DNA from: an uncultured bacterium
GTDB lineage: Bacteria > Bacillota_I > Bacilli_A > RF39 > UBA660
Direction of reading: 5' to 3'
Assembly (NCBI GenBank): GCA_900314225.1
Contig: OMUM01000080.1
Location: 1-33,420, forward strand
Length of the DNA stretch: 33,420 nucleotides
Of this stretch, positions 24,945-33,278 are shown piece after piece (position 1 is the first letter of the stretch; the number at the start of each line of letters is the position of its first letter). The notes below the pieces were generated by a model that saw only the letters and a list, made by a program, of their open reading frames with translations, searched no databases and was not told where the DNA came from. The position numbers and the translations under genes are program-made.

Positions 24945-26933
24945 ATGCAAATGCCTGCTATTAATTTAGAGGAAATTAATGAAAAGAAGATAATTGATCA
25001 GATTAGATGCTTGGGTATTGATATGATTGATAATGCTCATAGTGGACATCCAGGTATAGTTTTAGGGGCTGCTCCTATTATTTATACATTATATGCACAT
25101 CATATGAATATAGATGTTCAAAATCCAGATTACTTTAATCGTGATAGGTTTATTATGTCTGCAGGACATGGTTCAGCATTACTTTATGCAACACTTTATA
25201 TGTCTGGTTTTCCTATAAGTTTGGATGATTTAAAGAATTTTCGAAAATTGTCCTCAATTACTCCTGGACATCCAGAGTATAAGATAACTCCTGGAGTTGA
25301 TGCAACAACTGGTCCCCTTGGAGAGGGTATTGCTATGGGTGTTGGCATGGCTATGGCGGAGGCTAATTTAAGAAATAGATTTAAGAGTAAAAAGGATCTT
25401 ATTAATTATTATACTTATGTATTAGTAAGTGATGGCGATTTAATGGAAGGTGTTTCGTATGAAGCAGCATCTCTTGCTGGAATATTAAAATTAAATAAGT
25501 TGATTGTTTTATATGATTCAAATAATGTTTGTCTTGATGGTAAAACTAATAAAACTTTTAATGATAATATTTCTATGCGTTTTATTTCTCTTGGTTGGAA
25601 TGTTATAACTGTTCAAGATGGAGAAAATTTTTCTGAGATTGATAAAGCAATAACAGAAGCTAAAAATAGTAGTGATAAACCTACTTTAATTGAAATTAAA
25701 ACAGTAATTGGAAAATATTCTAAATTAGAAGGAACTAATTTAGTACATGGTAAACCATTAACTAAGGAAGATCTTTCAAGTATTAAAGCAAAGCTAGAAG
25801 TTAGAGATATTCCATTTCAGGTTTCACAAAGAGCAGTTGATGAAATGCAAGCTTTAATTAATAGTCGTTGTAAGAAGTTAAATGAAAAGTTTTTAAAGAA
25901 TGTTGATTCTCTTTCATCTGAAGAAAAAAATGAATTAGAAATGTTTATGAGTAATGATAAAACAATTGATTTAAAAGATTTTGTATATGATATTCCTGAA
26001 TCTTTAGAGGAGTCTCCACGAGATACTTCTTCTAAAATATTAAATTATATTGTTAATAAGAATAGTTTATTAATAGGTGGTTCTGCTGATTTGTTTTCAG
26101 CTAATAAAACTTATATTAATGATGGAGGAGATTTTTCTTCTGAGAATTATTTAGGAAAAAATATTTTCTTTGGCGTAAGAGAACATGCTATGGGAGCAAT
26201 TGCTAATGGACTTGCTTTATCTGGCTTTAGGCCATATATTTCAACTTTTTTATCATTTTCTGATTTTTTAAAACCAGCAATTAGATTAGGTTGTATGATG
26301 AAATTGCCTATAGTTTATATATTCACTCATGATTCAATTAGTGTTGGAGAAGATGGACCAACTCATCAGCCAGTTGAACAATTATTAGGTCTTAGATCTA
26401 TTCCTAATATGGAGGTTTTTAGACCTGCAGATGCTAATGAAGTAATTGGTTCATATAAAACTATTTTAGAGAAAATAAATACTCCAGCTACTATTTCTCT
26501 TTCAAGAAATAAATTACCTATTCTTGAAAATACTAAAGCAAATTTAGTTGAGAAAGGTGGATATGTAGTCCTTGATACAATGAAGGCCCCATCAGCAATT
26601 GTAATATCTTGTGGTGAAGAATTACATGAAGTTTTGAAAGCAGCTAAAGATTTACTTTCTAAAGGTATTTTTATTAGAGTAGTATCAATGCCTAACTTAG
26701 AAAGGTTCTTAAGACAAGATGCAGAATATATAGATTCAGTGCTTCCAGTAGAAATTAGAAAAATTGCTGTTGAAGCTGAACCAGATTATTTATGGAACAA
26801 AATAATATTTAATAGTAAAAATATAATTTCATTAAATAGTTTTGGTATGAGTGCATCTAAAGATGATATATATAAACATTTTGGATTTGATTATAAAAGT
26901 TTAGAAGAAAAAATTGAAAATCTACTAAAATAA
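24945..26933 (+). CDS. tkt: Transketolase
   Basis: AHSGHPG, the TPP-binding SDGDLMEGVSYEA, GEDGPTHQP, and a typical length of 662 aa. Confidence 0.95.
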   Translation: MQMPAINLEEINEKKIIDQIRCLGIDMIDNAHSGHPGIVLGAAPIIYTLYAHHMNIDVQNPDYFNRDRFIMSAGHGSALLYATLYMSGFPISLDDLKNFRKLSSITPGHPEYKITPGVDATTGPLGEGIAMGVGMAMAEANLRNRFKSKKDLINYYTYVLVSDGDLMEGVSYEAASLAGILKLNKLIVLYDSNNVCLDGKTNKTFNDNISMRFISLGWNVITVQDGENFSEIDKAITEAKNSSDKPTLIEIKTVIGKYSKLEGTNLVHGKPLTKEDLSSIKAKLEVRDIPFQVSQRAVDEMQALINSRCKKLNEKFLKNVDSLSSEEKNELEMFMSNDKTIDLKDFVYDIPESLEESPRDTSSKILNYIVNKNSLLIGGSADLFSANKTYINDGGDFSSENYLGKNIFFGVREHAMGAIANGLALSGFRPYISTFLSFSDFLKPAIRLGCMMKLPIVYIFTHDSISVGEDGPTHQPVEQLLGLRSIPNMEVFRPADANEVIGSYKTILEKINTPATISLSRNKLPILENTKANLVEKGGYVVLDTMKAPSAIVISCGEELHEVLKAAKDLLSKGIFIRVVSMPNLERFLRQDAEYIDSVLPVEIRKIAVEAEPDYLWNKIIFNSKNIISLNSFGMSASKDDIYKHFGFDYKSLEEKIENLLK

Positions 26934-26979
26934 TACAAAAATAGACTTATCATTTAGTTATTATATATTTGGTGATTAA

Positions 26980-27408
26980 ATGAAAGTCTATTATATTTTT
27001 AAAATTAAAGAAGAGTTTATTAAATTATATAATGATACTCCTAGTGTATTATATAATATTTTAAAAACTATATTTTATTTAGATAAGCAAGAAGTTGAGT
27101 ATGGTTATAATTTGTTTACTCAATTGATAATTCCTTTTAAAAAAGATGATTTTGATAGAAAACTATTTATTGATTTACATCAAGATATTCCTTATTCTAA
27201 AAGAAAAAATGTTCATTATATAAATAATTTATATTTAAATGAAGTTAGTAGGTTGGTTGTATGTAATTATTATTTAAAATTAGAAGTAGAACAAAACTTT
27301 TCTAGTTTCTTTAAAATACTAAATAGAGAAAATAAGAATTTATTTGTATGTTGTTTTAAAAAAACTGATTTTTTCTTTTTGGATGATTATTTATTAGAGA
27401 GAATTTAG
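26980..27408 (+). CDS. SirA/YneE-like protein (DUF2522), tentative
   Basis: It sits between tkt and yneF, as sirA does in Bacillus subtilis. The N-terminus YYIFKIKEEF resembles SirA YYTYLIKEEF, and the size is similar (142 aa). Confidence 0.45.
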   Translation: MKVYYIFKIKEEFIKLYNDTPSVLYNILKTIFYLDKQEVEYGYNLFTQLIIPFKKDDFDRKLFIDLHQDIPYSKRKNVHYINNLYLNEVSRLVVCNYYLKLEVEQNFSSFFKILNRENKNLFVCCFKKTDFFFLDDYLLERI

Positions 27409-27437
27409 TTGTTATTTGGGTAATATTCTAGTAAAAT
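27409..27437 (+). promoter_or_regulatory. Putative sigma-A promoter (TTGTTA, 17-nt spacer, TAAAAT)
   Basis: A -35 at 27409-27414 and a -10 at 27432-27437, 21 nt upstream of the yneF ATG. Confidence 0.4.
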
Positions 27438-27458
27438 AGTATTTAAGGAGATGAAGTT

Positions 27459-27668
27459 ATGCTACATGATATATTATTATTAATATTAGGAATAGTTATT
27501 GGAGGTATTATTGGTTTCTTTTTAGCTAGATTTTTTATGAAAAAATATTTAAAGAAAAATCCTCCTATTAATGAGGAAATGATTAAAACTTTAATGTCTC
27601 AAATGGGAAGGACACCTAATAAGAAACAAATAAATCAAATGATGAAGGCTATGGAAAAATACCAGTAA
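27459..27668 (+). CDS. yneF: UPF0154 small membrane protein YneF
   Basis: One N-terminal TM helix and the hallmark [14 protein letters not shown]...[11 protein letters not shown]. Close to B. subtilis YneF. Confidence 0.85.
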   Translation: MLHDILLLILGIVIGGIIGFFLARFFMKKYLKKNPPINEEMIKTLMSQMGRTPNKKQINQMMKAMEKYQ

Positions 27669-27679
27669 TGGTATTTTAT

Positions 27680-27708
27680 TTGATTTTACTTATAAAATAT
27701 GATATAAT
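27680..27708 (+). promoter_or_regulatory. Putative sigma-A promoter (TTGATT, 17-nt spacer, TATAAT)
   Basis: A -35 at 27680-27685 and a consensus -10 at 27703-27708. It lies inside the 5' part of the tracked ORF, which argues for the downstream start. Confidence 0.5.
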
Positions 27709-27739
27709 ACAGTCGTTTAGTTGGAGGGATATGTATAAA

Positions 27740-29206
27740 ATGGATACAAGAAAGTATATTGAAAATTTATATAATTATGTAAATAAAAATGATATTACTA
27801 TTGAAGAATATTATAGAGAACTTGCTGATAATTATAGAAAAAGTAGGTTTTCTTTAATTGAAGATTTTGAAAAAGACAATCCTTTTATTACAAGTGAAGA
27901 TTTTTTAAAATTAACTAGTAGTAATGATGAAAATATGAATAAATATTTTTCTAATAAAATGACTAAAGTAATTCAAGCAAATGTATTAGATTTATTGAAT
28001 AAATCTAAAAATGAAAATTTAGATTCTGATAGTAAAAGTGATACTGATGATGAAGAATATGAAATTTCTGATAATAAGAAAGATAAGTTTACATTATTTT
28101 TGAATGAGGATTCACAAGAGTTATTTGCTAGAGGTTATTTGTTTGAAAGATTTAATATAAGCCCTGGTAGAAAAGTTAAAGTTAGTGGAGTAATTTGCTA
28201 TAGTTTATCAAAGGATGATTATCAAACTATTATGAATAATAGAAATAATGAAGTTTCTCCATATGTCGTTGAAATAAAGACAATTGTTCCTGTTAGAAAA
28301 GAAAAGACTGATGAAGAAGCAAAAAAGGGTAATTCTAATGGAATTGATTTAACTAATTTATCAGATGATGAGTTAGAATCAAGAATTCAGAATTTATGGA
28401 ATTTTGGTGCACATCAAGAAAATGGATTAAATGAGAATAGTGATTTATCAAATGAATGGGATGCTTTAGTGGCAGAAAAAAATAGACGTCAAGCTGCAAA
28501 AAGCAAAACTAATAATAATACACAAAATAATTCTGATTTAGATAAATTATTATCTGAACTTGAAAATGAATTAAATGAAATAAATAAATTAATTAAAGAG
28601 TTAGAAAGATTAATTCAAGTACTTGAAAATAATTTAAATAATTTGAATGATAAGAAAGTTTCTAAACCAGTAGATTTGGAAAATGAAGATAGTAAAACTG
28701 ACCAAGAAAAAGATAAAGATAGTATAGATCAAGAAAAAAATGAATCAATTCAAAATTTTATGAATGAGATAAATAATAAAATAGCAAAAGATAAAGAGAC
28801 TTCTAATGATGGTTCAATTAACATACCTATTGATTCAGAAGAAACAAAAAAATGTCTTGTATATCATTATGAAGAAAAAGATAAATATTATGTTCAAGAT
28901 GAATTATTTGATGATGAATTATTTAAAAAATTAAATATTAAACCTAAAGAAGGAAGTATTAAGTTTGATGGAAAAAGTTGTCATGAAATAAGCAAAGATG
29001 ATCTTAATAAATTAAAAGATAAAATTGATAATAACTTTATTATTGATTTTGTTAATATTAATGATAGTATGAAAAATGAACAAAAAAATGAAAAGACTGC
29101 TGATGATAATATTTCTTCTAGTGATGATATTGAGTCAATTATTGATAGATTATTTGATGAAGATAATGAAAAAAGTGAAGAAGAAGTTAGTGGTTTATCT
29201 TTGTGA
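27740..29206 (+). CDS. Acidic coiled-coil protein with an internally duplicated ~30-aa motif; function unknown
   Basis: ATG 27740 lies 11 nt after GGAGGG; ATG 27731 is an alternative. The 27668 start would place a consensus promoter inside the gene. D/E/N/K-rich with a central heptad-like LDKLLSELENELNEINKLIKELERLIQVLENNLNNL. Confidence 0.6.
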   Translation: MDTRKYIENLYNYVNKNDITIEEYYRELADNYRKSRFSLIEDFEKDNPFITSEDFLKLTSSNDENMNKYFSNKMTKVIQANVLDLLNKSKNENLDSDSKSDTDDEEYEISDNKKDKFTLFLNEDSQELFARGYLFERFNISPGRKVKVSGVICYSLSKDDYQTIMNNRNNEVSPYVVEIKTIVPVRKEKTDEEAKKGNSNGIDLTNLSDDELESRIQNLWNFGAHQENGLNENSDLSNEWDALVAEKNRRQAAKSKTNNNTQNNSDLDKLLSELENELNEINKLIKELERLIQVLENNLNNLNDKKVSKPVDLENEDSKTDQEKDKDSIDQEKNESIQNFMNEINNKIAKDKETSNDGSINIPIDSEETKKCLVYHYEEKDKYYVQDELFDDELFKKLNIKPKEGSIKFDGKSCHEISKDDLNKLKDKIDNNFIIDFVNINDSMKNEQKNEKTADDNISSSDDIESIIDRLFDEDNEKSEEEVSGLSL

Positions 29207-29216
29207 TTTTAAAATT

Positions 29217-29242
29217 AAAGACTTTTAAACAAGTCTTTTTTT
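29217..29242 (+). terminator. Rho-independent terminator
   Basis: 8-bp stem AAAGACTT / AAGTCTTT with a 6-nt loop, then a T run. Confidence 0.65.
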
Positions 29243-29301
29243 GTACTTAAAATTTACTAGATATTTCTTATTATAAATTATATAATTAAGTAGGTGATCA
29301 A

Positions 29302-31062
29302 ATGAAAGACTTTAAAGAAAAACTTAGTTTAGTGCCTAAAAAACCAGGTAGTTATCAAATGAAAAATAAAGATGGAGTAATTATCTATGTTGGTAAAGCT
29401 AAAAATTTACAAAGAAGGCTGAGAAGTTATTTTACAAGAACTGTTACAGGTAAAACTAGAATGTTAGTAGAAGATATAGATGACTTTGAATATATTGTTA
29501 CATCTTCAGAATTAGAGAGTTTAATACTGGAAATTACTTTAATTAAAAAATATGATCCTAAATATAATATTTTACTTAGAGATGATAAATCTTATCCATA
29601 TATAGAATTAACTAATGATAAATATCCAGTTGTAAAAATAATTAGAAATGCTAAAAGGAAAAAAATAAAAGATCATTTATATGGACCGTATCCTAATGCT
29701 TCGGCAGCTAGAAAAACAGTAAATATTATTAATAGAATGTACCCACTTAGAAAGTGTGATAAATTAAAGAAAGATTTATGTTTATATTATCATATTAATG
29801 AATGTCTAGGATATTGTAAGATAGATGTTCCTAAAGAAAAAATAGATGAGATGAAAAAAGAGATTATTACTTTTTTAAAGGGAGATAGTTCAATTATTTC
29901 AAAAAAAATAGAAGATGAAATGTTAAAAGCAAGTGAAGCAATGAATTATGAACGTGCTCAAGAATTAAAAAGTATGTTAGATGATATCAATACAACATTA
30001 AAGAAGCAAAAGATTGATCTTAATCATAATTATAATTTTGATTTAGTTAATTATTATTATGAAAATAATTATTTAGCAATTGAAATATTTTTTATAAGAG
30101 ATGGATTATTATTTGGAAGACATAATGAGATAATTGCTTCTATTGGAGATATTTCTGAAGAAATAACAGAATATTTAGTTAAATTTTATGATAAAGGAGT
30201 ATTACCTCGTGAATTACTAATACCAGAAGAATTAGATGAAAATTTATTAAAAGATTATTTTAAAATTAAAGTTATTAAACCTAAAAAAGGTAAATTGAAG
30301 AATTTAGTAGATTTAGCAAAAGAAAATGCTAAAGAGCAAATGGATTTAGAAGGAGAAACATTAAAAAGAGATGATGAAGAAAGATTAAAAGCTGAAGAGG
30401 AATTAAAAAATTTACTTGGACTTAAAGAGTTAAGAAGAATAGAATCTTTTGATAATTCTCATTTATTTGGAACTTTTTATGTAGGTGGTATGGTTGTTTT
30501 TGATGATTTCCTTCCTAATAAAGATTTATATCGAAAATATAAGATTTCTACAGATGTTAAAGATGATATTGGTGCTATGAAAGAAGTTATTTATAGAAGA
30601 TATTTTAAAACTATAATGAATGAATCATATAAACCTGATTTAATTGTAATGGACGGAGGTAAAGCTCAAATAGATGCTTGTAAAGAGGTATTAGATTCCT
30701 TAAATTTATATATTCCAATTATTGGTTTAGTAAAGGATGATAAGCATAGAACTAATCATATAATGAATGAGAATTTAGAAATATTAGATGTTCCAAAAGA
30801 TTCAAAATTATTTTTATTTTTAACTAGGATTCAAGATGAGGTACATAGATATGCTATTACATATCACAGAAATATTAAGGCTAAAGGTGCTTTATCTAGT
30901 ATTTTAGATGTTGTACCTGGAATTGGTGAGGTAAGAAAAAAAGAATTATTAAAAAAATTTGGATCTTTAAAGAAGATGAAAGAAGCAAGTGTTGATGAAT
31001 TGTCTGAAGTAGTTAATAGGGAAGTTGCTGAAAAACTTTTTGAATATTTAAAAGAGATATAG
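29302..31062 (+). CDS. uvrC: Excinuclease ABC subunit C
   Basis: GIY-YIG N-terminus (PGSYQMKNKDGVIIYVGKAKNLQRRLRSYF), a UVR domain (NYERAQELKSMLDDI), an endonuclease V-like domain, and a C-terminal (HhH)2 (VPGIGEVRKKELLKKFGSLKKMKEASVDEL). Confidence 0.95.
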   Translation: MKDFKEKLSLVPKKPGSYQMKNKDGVIIYVGKAKNLQRRLRSYFTRTVTGKTRMLVEDIDDFEYIVTSSELESLILEITLIKKYDPKYNILLRDDKSYPYIELTNDKYPVVKIIRNAKRKKIKDHLYGPYPNASAARKTVNIINRMYPLRKCDKLKKDLCLYYHINECLGYCKIDVPKEKIDEMKKEIITFLKGDSSIISKKIEDEMLKASEAMNYERAQELKSMLDDINTTLKKQKIDLNHNYNFDLVNYYYENNYLAIEIFFIRDGLLFGRHNEIIASIGDISEEITEYLVKFYDKGVLPRELLIPEELDENLLKDYFKIKVIKPKKGKLKNLVDLAKENAKEQMDLEGETLKRDDEERLKAEEELKNLLGLKELRRIESFDNSHLFGTFYVGGMVVFDDFLPNKDLYRKYKISTDVKDDIGAMKEVIYRRYFKTIMNESYKPDLIVMDGGKAQIDACKEVLDSLNLYIPIIGLVKDDKHRTNHIMNENLEILDVPKDSKLFLFLTRIQDEVHRYAITYHRNIKAKGALSSILDVVPGIGEVRKKELLKKFGSLKKMKEASVDELSEVVNREVAEKLFEYLKEI

Positions 31063-31100
31063 TATAATTTAGATATAGAATATGTACTGGAGATGTAGTT

Positions 31101-31280
31101 ATGAATAACAAGGGTTTTACATTGGTTGAGATTTTAGCTACGATTGCAATTTTAGGAATACTTTCTGGGATTGTTATTGGAGGAGTACAGAAATATATTG
31201 AGAAATCAAGACAACAGGCATATGATACTTTAGCAAGTAGTTCGATTGATGCAACAAAAGAGTATGTAATGGATCATCCA
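31101..31280 (+). repeat. Conserved 180-nt pilin 5' cassette, copy 1
   Basis: Differs from copy 2 at 3 positions (aac/aat, aag/aaa, gag/gaa), all synonymous. Identity starts at the ATG and decays after codon 60. Confidence 0.9.
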
Positions 31281-32090
31281 GGTGTTACAAATATAAGTTT
31301 TTCTTCTTTAAAAGATGGTGATTATATCAATAATATTAAAGATCCTAAAGATAAGTCGAAAGACTGTGCTGGAAGAGTTGAGATAATAAAATCCTATTAT
31401 GGTGATGGAACATCATTAGATGATTATAAATATAAAGTTATTATGTGTTGTGGTGTTAGTAATTTTTCTTATGATTTTCCTGATTACAACAAAAAGCCAA
31501 ATTCTAAATGTGGTATATATGTTAATGTGTTTTTTGAAGGAAATGGAGGTACTTTGTCTCAAACATCAAAAATTGTTACTTATAATTCCACTTATGGTAG
31601 TTTACCATCTGCATATAAAACTGGGGCTGTATTTGCAGGTTGGTATAGTAATTCTAGTTTGACTAATAAAATTGGTACGGCTTCTATAGTATCTACAACT
31701 CAAGATCATACACTATATGCAAAATGGAAAAATAATTTATATGGTTTTGATTATAACCCTGATTCAAATAAATATGGTACAGGTTATCCGTCAGGTGCTC
31801 ATGTAAAGTCTCTTGATCTTAAAATTGTGAGTCCAAGTGGTAAGGTATTGTACAATTATAAAGGAATAAGTGATATTTGTAATACTTGGGGATGTGCTTC
31901 TGAATCATTTATTGAGTATGGTTCTACATATTATTTTACAAATGTAAAATATAGAGATAGCTATACATATAGCCATTATAGTATTACAAATAATATACCA
32001 GTTTCTGTTAAAAATGGTGGAACGGAATTTACGTTTAAGCATTCTTATCCCGGTGATATTAGTTTTAATATTTTTACTAAAGTTAAATAA
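31101..32090 (+). CDS. Modular type IV pilin: prepilin N-terminus and pilin head, one Listeria-Bacteroides (Flg_new) repeat, and an unknown beta-rich C-module
   Basis: MNNKG|FTLVEILATIAILGILSGIVIGG is a class III signal peptide with Glu+5. aa 139-209 (VNVFFEGNGGTL...GAVFAGWYSN...DHTLYAKW) match the Flg_new/PF09479 pattern. SD GGAG. Confidence 0.8.
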   Translation: MNNKGFTLVEILATIAILGILSGIVIGGVQKYIEKSRQQAYDTLASSSIDATKEYVMDHPGVTNISFSSLKDGDYINNIKDPKDKSKDCAGRVEIIKSYYGDGTSLDDYKYKVIMCCGVSNFSYDFPDYNKKPNSKCGIYVNVFFEGNGGTLSQTSKIVTYNSTYGSLPSAYKTGAVFAGWYSNSSLTNKIGTASIVSTTQDHTLYAKWKNNLYGFDYNPDSNKYGTGYPSGAHVKSLDLKIVSPSGKVLYNYKGISDICNTWGCASESFIEYGSTYYFTNVKYRDSYTYSHYSITNNIPVSVKNGGTEFTFKHSYPGDISFNIFTKVK

Positions 32091-32120
32091 CTATTAATAA
32101 TTATATTTAGGAGAAGGTTT

Positions 32121-32300
32121 ATGAATAATAAAGGTTTTACATTGGTTGAAATTTTAGCTACGATTGCAATTTTAGGAATACTTTCTGGGATTGTTATTGG
32201 AGGAGTACAGAAATATATTGAGAAATCAAGACAACAGGCATATGATACTTTAGCAAGTAGTTCGATTGATGCAACAAAAGAGTATGTAATGGATCATCCT
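32121..32300 (+). repeat. Conserved 180-nt pilin 5' cassette, copy 2
   Basis: See copy 1. Confidence 0.9.
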
Positions 32301-33251
32301 GGAGTTGAACAAGTATATTTTGATGATTTACTAGAAGGGAATTATATAGATAATATTTCTAATCCTAAAGATAATTCTAGTAATTGTTCTGGTAGAGTTA
32401 AAGTCAATACTAAAAAGGGCTCCAACGGAGTTTTAGATGATTACACATATAATGTATTTATGTGTTGCGGATCTGATAATTATGCTTATGAATTTCCTAA
32501 AAAAAAGCATTACAAAACAAATAATTGTAAAGCTCATGCTTATGATATAAGTGAAATAAAAGAGATAAAAGTGCTTCATGTATATCCATATAATGCTGTG
32601 GCAAATCAGCTTAAGAATTGGATGGCTGATAAAAAACACGGCGATGAGAGAATTAAAGTTAGTTCTGTTTATATTGATGAATTTAATAAAAATCCAATTA
32701 ATTATTTAGGTTCAATAGGCAATTGGAAAGCCGACGTTATTGTCTTTGGCTTTTGGGATTGTAATGCAAGTAAAGATTTATCTAAGAATTCAGCACAATT
32801 AGTTGATAAATTTTTAAGTACCGGTGGCTCAGCTATATTTGGACATGATACTATAACTAAAGGATGTGGTAATCATACTAATTTTATTTCATTACAGCAA
32901 TATGTTAATGTTGAGGCAACTAGTGATTTAAGTTGGAATGGAAGTAATAAAGTTACAATTGTTAAGTCAGGAATTTTTACAGAATATCCTTATAGAATTG
33001 GTAATCAAGAAACTGTATTAACAATACCAACTAGTCATTGCTATGGACAAGTAGCTCATGGAGATGTTTGGTTAACGTATAATGGAATTACTTCTTCAGC
33101 AAATAAAAATGTTTATTTATCAACATATGGAAATAATGCTTTGATTCAAACTGGACATTCTAGTGGTCAAGCAACAGAAGATGAACAAAAGATAATTGCT
33201 AATATAATTTTTTATATGAAAGCAAACCAGGATGGATTGGTATCTGATTAA
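32121..33251 (+). CDS. Modular type IV pilin: same N-terminus and pilin head, plus a ~230-aa alpha/beta C-module (GATase1/ThuA-like fold suspected)
   Basis: The first 62 aa are identical to the 31101 gene. The head region is homologous (PKD..S..C.GRV...LDDY.Y.V.MCCG). The C-module shows alternating beta-alpha signatures (KVLHVYPY, ADVIVFGFWD, GGSAIFGHDT, LIQTGHSSG). Confidence 0.8.
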   Translation: MNNKGFTLVEILATIAILGILSGIVIGGVQKYIEKSRQQAYDTLASSSIDATKEYVMDHPGVEQVYFDDLLEGNYIDNISNPKDNSSNCSGRVKVNTKKGSNGVLDDYTYNVFMCCGSDNYAYEFPKKKHYKTNNCKAHAYDISEIKEIKVLHVYPYNAVANQLKNWMADKKHGDERIKVSSVYIDEFNKNPINYLGSIGNWKADVIVFGFWDCNASKDLSKNSAQLVDKFLSTGGSAIFGHDTITKGCGNHTNFISLQQYVNVEATSDLSWNGSNKVTIVKSGIFTEYPYRIGNQETVLTIPTSHCYGQVAHGDVWLTYNGITSSANKNVYLSTYGNNALIQTGHSSGQATEDEQKIIANIIFYMKANQDGLVSD

Positions 33252-33278
33252 AAATTATGATTGTTAGGAGAAAAATTA

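Noticed and set aside
27668-27739. N-terminal 24-codon extension of the acidic coiled-coil ORF (and similar TTG/GTG-extended starts at 8154, 9711, 14447, 16712 and ATG 20901)
   Set aside because: The extension contains a near-consensus promoter (TTGATT, 17-nt spacer, TATAAT). The internal ATGs are the ones preceded by SD sequences at proper spacing. The other extended starts overlap upstream genes or lack an SD.
31420-31662. 80-aa alternative-frame ORF inside pilin gene 1
   Set aside because: It overlaps the frame that encodes the recognisable Flg_new repeat, and it has no SD.
32433-32639. 68-aa antisense ORF inside pilin gene 2
   Set aside because: It is embedded opposite a supported CDS, with hydrophobic low-complexity translation and no SD.
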